A stretch of 63,393 nucleotides of DNA, filler included, from Octopus bimaculoides (lineage: Eukaryota): assembly GCF_001194135.2 (NCBI RefSeq). It is 6 parts of 6 records of this genome, joined end to end, with 100 filler letters (N's around TTAATTAATTAA, not from the genome) between each part and the next. Parts side by side here need not be neighbours in the genome. Positions count along the whole stretch, not along the records: positions 20,758 to 28,536 come from NC_068992.1; positions 28,637 to 40,065 come from NC_068982.1; 4 more parts are not named here. The stretch is one strand, 5' to 3'. Each line of letters starts with the position of its first letter. Positions within the stretch are counted from its first letter, which is position 1. Under the pieces are notes generated by a model. It was not told the origin of the DNA. It searched no databases and saw nothing but the letters and a program-made list of their open reading frames with translations. A program made the position numbers and the translations under genes. This document shows, piece after piece, positions 25,173-37,500 of the stretch.

Positions 25173-26199
25173 NNNNNNNNNNNNNNNNNNNNNNNNNNNN
25201 NNNNNNNNNNNNNNNNNNNNNNNNNNNNNNNNNNNNNNNNNNNNNNNNNNNNNNNNNNNNNNNNNNNNNNNNNNNNNNNNNNNNNNNNNNNNNNNNNNNN
25301 NNNNNNNNNNNNNNNNNNNNNNNNNNNNNNNNNNNNNNNNNNNNNNNNNNNNNNNNNNNNNNNNNNNNNNNNNNNNNNNNNNNNNNNNNNNNNNNNNNNN
25401 NNNNNNNNNNNNNNNNNNNNNNNNNNNNNNNNNNNNNNNNNNNNNNNNNNNNNNNNNNNNNNNNNNNNNNNNNNNNNNNNNNNNNNNNNNNNNNNNNNNN
25501 NNNNNNNNNNNNNNNNNNNNNNNNNNNNNNNNNNNNNNNNNNNNNNNNNNNNNNNNNNNNNNNNNNNNNNNNNNNNNNNNNNNNNNNNNNNNNNNNNNNN
25601 NNNNNNNNNNNNNNNNNNNNNNNNNNNNNNNNNNNNNNNNNNNNNNNNNNNNNNNNNNNNNNNNNNNNNNNNNNNNNNNNNNNNNNNNNNNNNNNNNNNN
25701 NNNNNNNNNNNNNNNNNNNNNNNNNNNNNNNNNNNNNNNNNNNNNNNNNNNNNNNNNNNNNNNNNNNNNNNNNNNNNNNNNNNNNNNNNNNNNNNNNNNN
25801 NNNNNNNNNNNNNNNNNNNNNNNNNNNNNNNNNNNNNNNNNNNNNNNNNNNNNNNNNNNNNNNNNNNNNNNNNNNNNNNNNNNNNNNNNNNNNNNNNNNN
25901 NNNNNNNNNNNNNNNNNNNNNNNNNNNNNNNNNNNNNNNNNNNNNNNNNNNNNNNNNNNNNNNNNNNNNNNNNNNNNNNNNNNNNNNNNNNNNNNNNNNN
26001 NNNNNNNNNNNNNNNNNNNNNNNNNNNNNNNNNNNNNNNNNNNNNNNNNNNNNNNNNNNNNNNNNNNNNNNNNNNNNNNNNNNNNNNNNNNNNNNNNNNN
26101 NNNNNNNNNNNNNNNNNNNNNNNNNNNNNNNNNNNNNNNNNNNNNNATATATATATATATAAATACATATTTGTGCGCGTGTGTGTGTATTCAAAGAGC

Positions 26200-26340
26200 T
26201 TCTCTCAGTTTCTGTCTTCCAAATCTACTCACAAGGGGTTAGTCGGCCCGAGACTATAGTAAAAGACATTTACCGGAGTTGGACCGCAGTGGGATTGAAC
26301 AAGGAACCATGTGCTTGGAACGCAAACATCTTACCACACA
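26200..26340 (-). mobile_element. tRNA-type SINE
   Basis: Reverse complement of the family at 46450-46625 and 59045-59200 (ggttcagtcccactgcg..., gggccgaccaaagccttgtgagtggatttgg). Confidence 0.7.
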
Positions 26341-27529
26341 CACACACAGAGGCATACACATATCCCTCTGCACAGACTCATGTGCGTCTTCATATATATA
26401 TGGTGAATATCTCATTGCTTGCATCAATGAATATGTATATGTGCGCTCACATGAATAGAACTAAATATTTTATATTATCGTCAATATCCTCGCAAATTCG
26501 TTTTTCCTTGAAATGATGGAAGTCCAGAGCTAAGTAACTGCCATCTATCGACAATTATCGTCTATTCAATGGAACCTTACATGAATCTGAAACAATCCAT
26601 TCTTCAAATTTATCCTTCAAAATTCTGCTAGCTATATAATAGAGCGTAATTTCAGGTTATAAATGCGCTTACGTGCATATGTTGGTGTATGTGCATATGA
26701 ACACTCGCGTATACTTCAACTCACATACACACAAAGACACACACACACATACACATGTATATATACATGTATATATATATATATACATATATNNNNNNNN
26801 NNNNNNNNNNNNNNNNNNNNNNNNNNNNNNNNNNNNNNNNNNNNNNNNNNNNNNNNNNNNNNNNNNNNNNNNNNNNNNNNNNNNNNNNNNNNNNNNNNNN
26901 NNNNNNNNNNNNNNNNNNNNNNNNNNNNNNNNNNNNNNNNNNNNNNNNNNNNNNNNNNNNNNNNNNNNNNNNNNNNNNNNNNNNNNNNNNNNNNNNNNNN
27001 NNNNNNNNNNNNNNNNNNNNNNNNNNNNNNNNNNNNNNNNNNNNNNNNNNNNNNNNNNNNNNNNNNNNNNNNNNNNNNNNNNNNNNNNNNNNNNNNNNNN
27101 NNNNNNNNNNNNNNNNNNNNNNNNNNNNNNNNNNNNNNNNNNNNNNNNNNNNNNNNNNNNNNNNNNNNNNNNNNNNNNNNNNNNNNNNNNNNNNNNNNNN
27201 NNNNNNNNNNNNNNNNNNNNNNNNNNNNNNNNNNNNNNNNNNNNNNNNNNNNNNNNNNNNNNNNNNNNNNNNNNNNNNNNNNNNNNNNNNNNNNNNNNNN
27301 NNNNNNNNNNNNNNNNNNNNNNNNNNNNNNNNNNNNNNNNNNNNNNNNNNNNNNNNNNNNNNNNNNNNNNNNNNNNNNNNNNNNNNNNNNNNNNNNNNNN
27401 NNNNNNNNNNNNNNNNNNNNNNNGCATTTAAAAATTTCATCATACGAAAATCCAATTCAACAAGCGATTATTGCTAACAATATAAATTGATGATGTCGAT
27501 GGTGATTATGAAGATGATTATGAACTTGA

Positions 27530-27604
<75 letters not shown>

Positions 27605-28254
27605 CAACAGTAACATCAATAATAGTAGGAATAATAATTGTTTCAACTTTTAATATATTATGAAGTGAAAACATTTAAAAAATATGTTTCTAAAATATGT
27701 ATGACTGCATAGAAAATTGAAAATGAACTTATGCATTTTCTCTAACAACATAGGTTTATAGAAACACTTGGAAACACGCAGATAACTACGTACATGCACA
27801 CGTACGAGCATACAACACACACATATCTATGTACTCATATATTGTCATTTATACGTGAGTACTTACATAAGATTACTTAAACTTAAATGTGAATTAGATT
27901 TCATATATTTTCTTGAAAGGTTGCTATTAAGCTAGTGAACAAAAGAAACAACATATATGTGTATATGAAATATGTGAAATATATTGAGAAAATCCTTTTA
28001 TTTATTTAGTGCTTAACATGGAAAATAAACTTACTGAGATCGACGTTTGACATCAATTTGTCGTACGTGATATATGAATATCAGTGTCTTGGCGTGAATT
28101 CCAGCAGTTATTCCATGAATTATGATGGACTCTCCATCGAACTTGCTTTATATTTATTTCTTAAATAGGTTTCTTGTAATGCCTATAATGCGTCTGCAGA
28201 ATACTTAATAACTTCATTTCTATTATTTGGGCTAATTTAAACAAAGGGGCAGGC

Positions 28255-28408
28255 GTGGCTGCGTGATAAGAAGCTTGTTCCCCAATCACACGGTTTCAGG
28301 TTCAGTCCCTCTGCATGGCACATTGGGCAAGTGTCTTCTACCAAAGCCTCGGGCCGACCAAAGCCTTGTCAATGCATTTAATTGACGGAAACTGACAGAA
28401 TCCTGTTG

Positions 28409-28410
<2 letters not shown>
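28255..28410 (+). mobile_element. tRNA-type SINE
   Basis: ggcgtggctg..taagaagctt (A-box-like), ggttcagtccc (B-box-like), followed by an (AC)n tail. Confidence 0.75.
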
Positions 28411-28450
<40 letters not shown>

Positions 28451-28536
28451 CACACACACACACACTCACACACACATATATATATATATAAGGATATTTT
28501 ACCAAAAAACAACAGACGAAGACGGGTGGTGTAGAA

Positions 28537-28636
28537 NNNNNNNNNNNNNNNNNNNNNNNNNNNNNNNNNNNNNNNNNNNNTTAATTAATTAANNNNNNNN
28601 NNNNNNNNNNNNNNNNNNNNNNNNNNNNNNNNNNNN
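28537..28636. other. Artificial scaffold join linker
   Basis: N44-TTAATTAATTAA-N44. Confidence 0.9.
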
Positions 28637-28675
<39 letters not shown>

Positions 28676-28724
28676 CATATACACATATACATCCATACAT
28701 ATACATATATGTACGTACACACAC

Positions 28725-29140
28725 GATAGACGTGTGGTAATAAAGGTAATGGCAATGTTATATATATAGGAAAATGATGCTTTTATGAACTAATAAGATA
28801 TTAAGTGTATGACAATATATAAAGGTGATGAATGGTCTATTGATCTAAAGAGAGAGATTGTGGTGTTAAGTGAAATGTAAATTAGAGGGGGAAAAATAAG
28901 GGATTAATGGAGTAAAAATTACTTGTTTAAACTAAGTTAATATTATTACCAAAGTTTACTTCGATATTCACGCTCTATATTTGTTGATACAAATATTTAC
29001 CAATAAATAAAATAAAGTGAAGAGATCTATTTTGTGTGGAGCAGTATTTTATATGTAATAAAGTAGGGGGAAGAAAATATATATATGTTTTGAATTCATC
29101 TTACGATAAACGTAAACAAACAAACAAAGATTGCTTTCAG
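28725..29140 (+). repeat. Second copy of the interior of element A
   Basis: Colinear similarity to 7005-7397 (ataggaaaatgatgct..., ttattaccaaagtttacttcga, gattgctttca). Confidence 0.8.
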
Positions 29141-29169
29141 AAGCTTTGATATGTCTTAGACAGTTAAAG

Positions 29170-29620
29170 AAGCTTACCAGGCCGGTCTGTCATGCCAAGC
29201 TTTCAAGAAGAATTTGAAGACGTAGAGTTTTGTTTTCAGAAAGATAAGACACCTCCACTCAACTATAATAATGTAAAAGCTTACAATGGACAAAGAGGTT
29301 CGGTAGAATACCTTTCGCGTCTACAGGACCTCACACCACTAAACTTTTGGTTTGGGGAGAAACTTAAAAGATAAAGCTTAAGGTACAAAACCGGCAACTC
29401 TCGACGAATTCAGGATAGCCATTGAACGAGAATGTGCAAAAATACCGAACGAAATGTTTTTTGATGTTTGCGATTCCATTGCTTCGGGTTATCAGTGATG
29501 CCCAGATTAGAACAGTCATCAGTTTGAAAATAGTCCTTCATTAAAAAATTCTATTCTGTCTATAGTTTCTCTTAAATTTTGAAAATGAAATGTATTTTAA
29601 TAAACACAGACTAGTTAATC
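29170..29620 (+). mobile_element. Tc1/mariner 3' remnant
   Basis: SRLQDLTPLNFWFG resembles the SPDLTPLDF.LWG motif; decayed. Confidence 0.55.
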
Positions 29621-30787
29621 ATTCAATATGTCACAACCTCTACACTTGGAAAACTTTGACTTTGTGTCAGAATGAAACATTTATCTTGGGTGTTTCAATC
29701 ATAACCGATCTTTATTCTGTATCCTGCTGAGGCTCAATTCGCTTTGATTAGTTTTAAAACTGAAAATGAAACTTGAAGAGCAAAATATTTGCTGCTTTGA
29801 TTTCACATTAGCGAAACCACGCGAATGCGTGACTGAAAAGTTTACAATACGAAAAATTTCTGAAGAGAAAAATGAAATTTGTAATGTATTAAATTTTTAA
29901 CATATAATATGCTGTTTAATATGTTAAATGATATTGCATAACAAATAGTATCAGCAAATAACTAACATATCAGAACCAACCAACAAGCAATCCATTTATA
30001 TATTTTTAATTTACGCACATTTTCATTTTGAGCTGATTTGCAACTCACCTCGCTGCTTTCTGAAAAATATGCAGTTGTTTTCAGTTTTCTTTCCTTTTTT
30101 TAAAAAAATTACGTAATTGATCTAGGAAATTTCTCATATTAGTCTTTGGTCTCTTCATAAGTACAGAAGTATACATTATGGATACCACTGCAAATATGTT
30201 AATGAAACAAGATTCATGTAATATGTCTTAAAAAGTTATCTTTATCAAATATTTATTCTTTTTTCTCTCTCATCTTTTACTTTTACATACGCAGTTTTAT
30301 GTCCCTCTACATACCCGTATTTGAAGAAAAGTGGAATTAATCAGCTCCTGTAATGTATCTCCATCCTGGAGTTCAAAATCATCAGTTAGCCAGTCTGCCT
30401 CGGTGTAATGTTGCCTTGCATTTCTTCAGTCCAAACAATCTTAATCTCTTTGCTGAAATTGCTCGGTTATACTCATAAGACTCTTAAGTAAGGGATTATT
30501 TGCAGTCTTCAGTCTTAGGTCATCTATGTAGATGAGATTTTTGGTGGGCCTAGTCCTTCCATTAGATAAGATGATAGTATTTTCCCTAAGGTACTGTCTC
30601 TCTTCCAACGAACATTATCTCAGGTACTACGTAGAGTTTTAGATTGTCCGTGAAAAAGAGATGGTAGATATGCCCAGTTTTTCTTCCCTTTATGTAGTAC
30701 GCCAAATATTATATAAGTTCTAATTATCTCTGAAGATTTGGTACTTTTTTCTCTGTGTAGTATCTCAGATACCATATACAATTTTAA

Positions 30788-31051
30788 ATGCCACAGTATT
30801 GCTCGTTGAAACTTGTTGATGCCTGTCTAATTTGAAGCCTTTATAAGCATGGAATCTGTTTACAGATTATCATTCAATTGTCGAGAGTGGTGGTAGAAGT
30901 GCCTCAACTCTCCTACTTATTAGTAAGGTAAGGGATAAAATTATTGGAATGTACATATGAAAATAATTATATATATTGTATATTGCATTGCATTATCTAT
31001 AAAGATTTTGTAGTGAATATTTATTTATTTATTATATATTTACCTGTTAAC

Positions 31052-31087
<36 letters not shown>

Positions 31088-32724
31088 CACACAATTTCAT
31101 AAATATAACTTTTTTGTCCTACAGATGTCTAAAAGGCGCATCAAATCACTAACTGTGGAAGAGATTTTGACCACACTGGAAGAAGTTATGGAAGAGGAAG
31201 AGGTAAAATCGGCAGATGCTGTTTATCATCCCACCAGAAGCTGATGCATATTTTCTGATCCACCAATCATGCTTATCGACACCTCCCATATATGCGCTGT
31301 AATTTTTGAACACATGGGGTTGAGAAACTGAACACTTTGCTTTGCATTCCTTCAGCCAACGTTGCACTTTTTGAAGAGGTTCCACTGTATCATAATTAGT
31401 TCCAATAGTGATGCATGTATTATCAAGCCATTTTACGAAAATAATTTCTTCATTGGTGTCAAATCTAAAGCTGTATGTTCCTCTGTTTTGCTTTTTCAGT
31501 TCTTTTGCTTCCATCAAAGTACATTTCTTTAGCCTGTTCTCGCGCACAGTTCCAGTTGCTTGAAAACCGAGTTCGCGAAGATGAACCAGTAACTCATATC
31601 CGGTAAATAAGTTATCAAAGAAGACACTATATGATTGTGGTTCTTCTACGACATCTAGCATGTTCAATATAACTTTTGATCCAAGCAGTAAGTCTACGCG
31701 ATTGTCATCAGATGAGCTCTTGCCACAATAAAGATCAAAATTGTAGCAATAACCAGAGACACCGCATATTGCCCAAAACTTGTAGCCAAACCTAATTGGC
31801 TTACTCCTAATGAATTGTTTCAGAGTGTGATGGCCATAACATTTGACTATCATTTCATCAACGGCAAGGTGTTCTTCAAAAATACCAAATTTCATGAATG
31901 ATTTTTGTGCAGCAGCAATCAGTTTTCTTACTTTGAATCCTCTATCATTTTTATTATTTTCGGCTTCATTAATGTCGCAGAAATGTAGAATGCTTTTCAT
32001 TTCTTGGAATCTTGATCTAGACATTGCATTTTTCACGATTTGTAGGTCCAGATCTTCATCGTTTGACCAGTATTGTGTTTCTGCGGGGAATTTATGATAA
32101 CCGGATATTAGTAACACTCCAATGAATAGTTTTATGTCGTCTGAGCTAATTATAGTTGTGGGCCTGTTCTTACATTCTGTAGCATATCTAACACTTTCTC
32201 TGACCATGAGCTGTACTATTTCTTCAGAAAAAAATTTCTTCAAATACCTCAACTGGAGTTGAGCCCTTCAACTGTTCTTTCCTGTTCATCAAGTTACTTT
32301 CATAAGCCTTACTGCGATCATGAACTTTTGTATATTCCGGTGCCTTACACCGCCATGTTGGTACTGAATTGCATAGTTTTTTTTTTTGGTAAATGCATTG
32401 TTTCAACGCCAATTTCCGGATAGTTAGCAACATATTCTCCTGTTGTATTCTCAATTACTTCTTCACTGACGATCTGTGCAGCAACATGTAATTCGAATGA
32501 TCCGGCTACGTCCTCAATGTCAGCATTTCCAGTACAGTCATCGTCAATGTCTTCATTGTCAGTTTGTGCATCAGCTTCTGGTGGGATGATAACAGCATCT
32601 GCCGATTCTACATCTTCCTCTTCCATAACTTCTTCCAGTGTGGTCAAAATCTCTTCCATAGTTAATGATTTGATGCGCCTTTTAGACATCTGTAGGACAA
32701 AAAAGTTATATTTATGAAATTGTG

Positions 32725-32766
<42 letters not shown>

Positions 32767-32783
32767 AAGGGGGGAGAGAAGGG

Positions 32784-32824
<41 letters not shown>

Positions 32825-32895
32825 AAGAGAGAGAGACAGACAGAGAATGAATGAATAAAAGTTATCTGGCGTCATAACATCAGGGTCATCGAACC

Positions 32896-32985
<90 letters not shown>

Positions 32986-32986
32986 A

Positions 32987-33024
<38 letters not shown>

Positions 33025-33289
33025 TTAACAGGTAAATTTACAATAAATAAATAAAAATTCACTACAAAATATTTATTGATAATGCAATGCAATATACAAT
33101 ATATATATAATTATTTTCATATGTACATTCCAATAATTTTATACCTTACCTTACTCATAAGTAGGAGAGTTGAGGCACTTCTACCACCACTCTCGACAAT
33201 TGAATGATAATCTGTAAGCAGATTCCATGCTTATAAAGGCTTCAAATTAGACAAGCATCAACAAGTTTCAACGAGCAATACTGTGGCAT
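30788..33289 (-). mobile_element. Symmetric PGBD2/3-like piggyBac flanked by TTAA on both sides
   Basis: TTAA at 30784-30787 and 33290-33293. 30788-31248 is an inverted copy of 32567-33289, apart from an insertion in the (GA)n intron of the right arm. Confidence 0.85.
31149..32689 (-). pseudogene. piggyBac transposase (PGBD3-like), two homopolymer frameshifts, C-terminally truncated
   Basis: ATG at 32689 directly after a tcctacAG acceptor. AVDEM (D 31857-59), KQFIRSKPIRFGYKFW, FFDNLFT (D 31614-16), YMGGVDKHD (D 31275-77). Frameshifts at A-runs near 32380 and 32230. No C-terminal Cys-rich domain. Confidence 0.9.
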
Positions 33290-33663
33290 TTAATTAGAAC
33301 TCATTCCCCGCCTTCTTGTAGATTGTATGTCACCTTTTCTCACGTTACAATCATGTGACGTTATCGTCACCCCCCCCCCCTCACACACACATCGCTTGTA
33401 TGACGCATCCCTGACTGCATGTAGTCACGAAGTTAACAAAGGCGATGCCGGACTTAGTCATGCACTGCTAGGCCCAGGACATATTCTTCGATATGCACAG
33501 TCACTATACGTAACATGTTTCTCTTCCTATCATAAGTAGAATGGCTGAAGATAAAAGTAGCTATAAAAAAATTGATCAAAGTGTGCAGTCACGATATGTG
33601 TAAACTGTTTCTCTTCATATTGTTATAATTACATAGGACAAATATTTTTAGCATTAATTCATA

Positions 33664-34436
33664 CTAGAAGAGATACTCGACGTTTCCCGTGTTACGTGCA
33701 ATTTAAGAATGAGACTTTTCTGTTATATATTCTGTAAGGAACTGGAATACCTATGATTCGAATTTCATCAAAATTGCACATGGGGGTTCTTTCCCTTCTT
33801 TACACACTGTAAAAAAATTCTAATCATGACACATGTATCCCATACTATTGATCTTTATGCCCATATTCCATAATTCCAGTCTTCTGGATCCCGTAAAAAG
33901 GATTTTGCTCCTGAAAAATGGAGCTCATGGAGCTGTAAAATGTGGGAATGGAGGCCCCTATTGGGGGTGGGTGTGTTAATGTCAACCTGAGACGTTGAAT
34001 TGTTGGGAATGTTTTTAACTTGGGTCTTATAGTATGCCTGTATATATGTGAGAGTATAGTTTCACTTTAATAGTTTCAGTATGAAATTGAAAGTATTAAA
34101 GTGAAAGTATCTGGCATTATAGTAGCGACATGTTATTGTTTCACTTTTGACATGTAATACCGAAGTAGTAGAATAGTTTCAGTATTAAAGTGAAAGTATC
34201 TGACATTACAGTAGAGTGATGTTATTGTTTCACTTTTGACACGTAATACTGAAATAGTGGAGGAGATATGATATTGGTGTGGGCTCGAACTATGCAAGAA
34301 GTTAAAAAAAGTTTTTGGCCTAAGACACTACATGGACCCTAATTAAGCCATGTATAAATTTGGAATGAAATTGGTTGTGTAGTTCTCGAGTTTTAGGGAT
34401 TCACACAGACACACATTCTCATCTTTATATATATAG

Positions 34437-34437
<1 letters not shown>
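33664..34437 (-). mobile_element. Non-autonomous Helitron (~775 bp)
   Basis: Minus strand: A|TCTATATATATAAAGATGAGAATGTGTG... 5' end at 34437; degenerate subterminal hairpin and CTAG|T 3' end at 33664 (AT target). Internal ~90-bp tandem duplication at ~34085-34260. Confidence 0.7.
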
Positions 34438-34474
<37 letters not shown>

Positions 34475-34570
34475 AAACACACACATATATATATTTATAT
34501 CAATATAAATACATGAAAGTCAATGAAGTTTGGTAAAAAAGGTGATCATGTACAAACTTTCTTGTTGTCA

Positions 34571-37500
34571 TTATAACACCTCGTTGTAAACAATATTCCT
34601 TGTTTTTCCTTGTGGAGCATATGCAAATAGGTTTGTTTTGCTTCCCACTCTTGAGCAGCCAACATACAGTTGTCCATGTGAGAAGCATGGCTCTTCCAAG
34701 AGAAGACCAGCTACAGAGAGGGTTTGACCCTGAGATTTGTTAATGGACATGGCGAAAGTGACACGAAGAGGGAATTATAGTCTTCTGAATGTAAAAGGAA
34801 TGTCTGCTCCTGATGGAGTAAGAGGAATTCTTGGAATAAAGACGTCATCACCTTTTCCACATCCAGAAAGAATGGTAGCCTCGATAACGTGTGACATCAT
34901 CTTCTTTATCACGAGTCGTGTTCCATTGCAAAGTCTTGGTGGTTCCAGATTGCGGAGTAGCATAACAGGCGCTCCAACTTTAAGTGATAATATGTGGGAA
35001 GGTAGTCCAGGATGCTCCAACGAATTGAGAAATTCAAGAGGATAGTTCGCCACTTCATTTGTATCTGGAACTGTATCAACAGACTTGTAAGTTTGAAGAT
35101 TGCCGGGAAGAGAATGCATCAGCTGTTGGTTAATTTTTGTAACAGCTAAGTTTTTTGGCGCTAATATTGCTCTTTCACATAGCCAATTGTGATTTAGGTA
35201 GTTTTCTTTGAAGTTGGGAAAGACTTTGTATTTGAGGTCATCTACAGAATTAACAACAGAGCAAAATGGTCATACTTCCATTTCTCCTGCAGCGTCGAGA
35301 GGCACCTTGCCATCACCAATTGTCAAAATGTCCTGTGCAAACTTTTTGGACATTTGGTCGCCGTGTAGCTGAGCTCTCATGTTAGTATTAAGACTGAGGA
35401 TGGTAACATGATGCCACAGGGTAGAGGTCTGTAGGCATGCTTGGACCTCATCTGCTCTAGTGCCTTTCGGAATAACAGGAAGAGTTTGCCCGAAATCACC
35501 TAACAACAGAAGCGTAACACCTCTCATTGGAGCGTGACAGTCGCGGATGTCTTTCAGGGCTCTATCTAATGTTTCCAAAGCTCTCTTGTGAGCCATGGTG
35601 CATTCATCCCAGACAATTAGATGACACATTTGAAGTACCTGCCCCTGATCAGAGCTTTTGGTGATGTTGCATGAAGGCATATCGGATGCTACTAAATTGA
35701 GAGGGAATTTGAAAGTCGAGTGCGCTGTCCTGCCACTGGGTAACAAAGTAGCTGCAATCCCAGAGGAAGCCACAGCTACTGCAATGTCCTGATGCTGCCT
35801 AACTTGTGCAAATAGAAGCTTTGTTATAAATGTTTTTCCTGTCCCTCCAAGAGCATCAAGGAAGAAGATTCGTCCCTCACGTTGGCGTACTCTGTTAATA
35901 ATAGTTGTCTAAGCCTGCAGCTGGTCCGGAAGTAATTTATGCTCGTTTTCAGCAATGTACTCTGAAAGCGCTTGAATGTCGTAAGATGTTTCACGAATGA
36001 CAGCAGTGGGAAGGCTATTTGACCCTGACCTGAATGTTTGTGGCAGGCCATATGTGGACAATTCATTACCACCCAGTGTGGCAATTCTGTCTTCAATGTC
36101 AATGAGAGTTTTGTTGTAGACTTCATTGCTGATACTCTCCATGTCAGGATAGAGCCGTTGAGCTTGCCGGTGAAAGTCTTCAGCCAGGTTGTCCCTGTAC
36201 TTGAGCCATAAAGTTGCAGGATCACACAGTTCGCATGTCTGCAGTTATACTGCAAATAGTGCCCTGAGATTTTTAGGTGATTGTGATAAAGCAGCCCCTC
36301 CGAAAGTTGCATCCCATTGTGCACCATCTTCTAACAGTCTTTATCGATAGCAGGCTTCTCTGTATGTTGTGCAGACATGTCCATGAACGGTTTTTAGGGC
36401 CTGAAAACATGTGGGGCCTCTGACCTCATGCAGTAGTAGGTGGAGGTAGAAGCACTCTCGTCGAGTGGGATGTACTGTGTATACTCGGCCAAGGTAAGTG
36501 TCAAAGTTAATGCCAGGGTATCCATGAACATTTTGACCTACTTTCCTTGGGGTCCATTGTTTTCCATTCCAAGTATAGTACGATGGAATCTGTGGATACA
36601 GTAAGGTTTGAGTGAATGGATCAACTTGACAGAGCTTGAAGAATGCAGTGAGTGTGCTATCCCTTGGTTGCTCTGCCAACAGAGAAGCATTAGCATCGGT
36701 GAAGTACTCTTTGACCGTTTTCCAGGTGCACTGCAAGCTGTTGAACGGCGGTGTGTCATTGGTGAAGTGGAAAGCCAAAGATGCGCCAGAAAGCCTCGTT
36801 TCTACTTATGTAGCGTCCCACCTGATAGTGCGTCACCTCATCGTGGCAGTATTGTTGTTGAAGTGCAAACATTGCAGCGTCAGAACCCTTGTTCACATAC
36901 TTGCAAACATACTTGATGGACTTAACGGAGTTGCAAAATTCAACGTTAATCTGGTCATTGAAAATCTTTGACAGGAGTGGGCAGTAGAGAACAATCCATC
37001 TATTATCAACCGCGTGCTGTCCGATAGTTGCTGTGACACTGCCGTCTTGTGGTTTTCTCCGTCTGTATGATGGATACCCACCAGCACCTGTTTGAGCTTG
37101 TTGTAGGAACTTCCTTGGAAACTTTTTTGAACATACGCTGCCTTTCAAACATGGTGAGGTAATATTGAATCCACACCCACATGGACCATGCACCATGTTT
37201 GCTTTTACTATGTCGTATAGTACTTTGTCTAAAGCTGGATCAGGAAGTTCTGCAGAGATTATGTTGTCGATGTCAGTTGATTTGATCTTCGTTGAGAGCC
37301 AAAGCAGGACATGAGCATGTGGAAGGCTCATGCCATTCGATTGTGTACATGTCACATTGTATGGGTCCGAAGATTTGCCCTTTTTTTAGGAGGTCCATGA
37401 GAGTAATTAATTTCAGATGGAAAACTCGGGCGAGCAGGTCATGTCTGTCTTTAGGCTTTTGACGGAAGAAGAGTTCGGCCTGAATCTCCTTCCACTTGGG

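Noticed and set aside
28255-28330. tRNA genes at A-box/B-box-like motifs (also 44030, 46450, 58080, 59045)
   Set aside because: No complete cloverleaf, and each continues into a shared SINE body.
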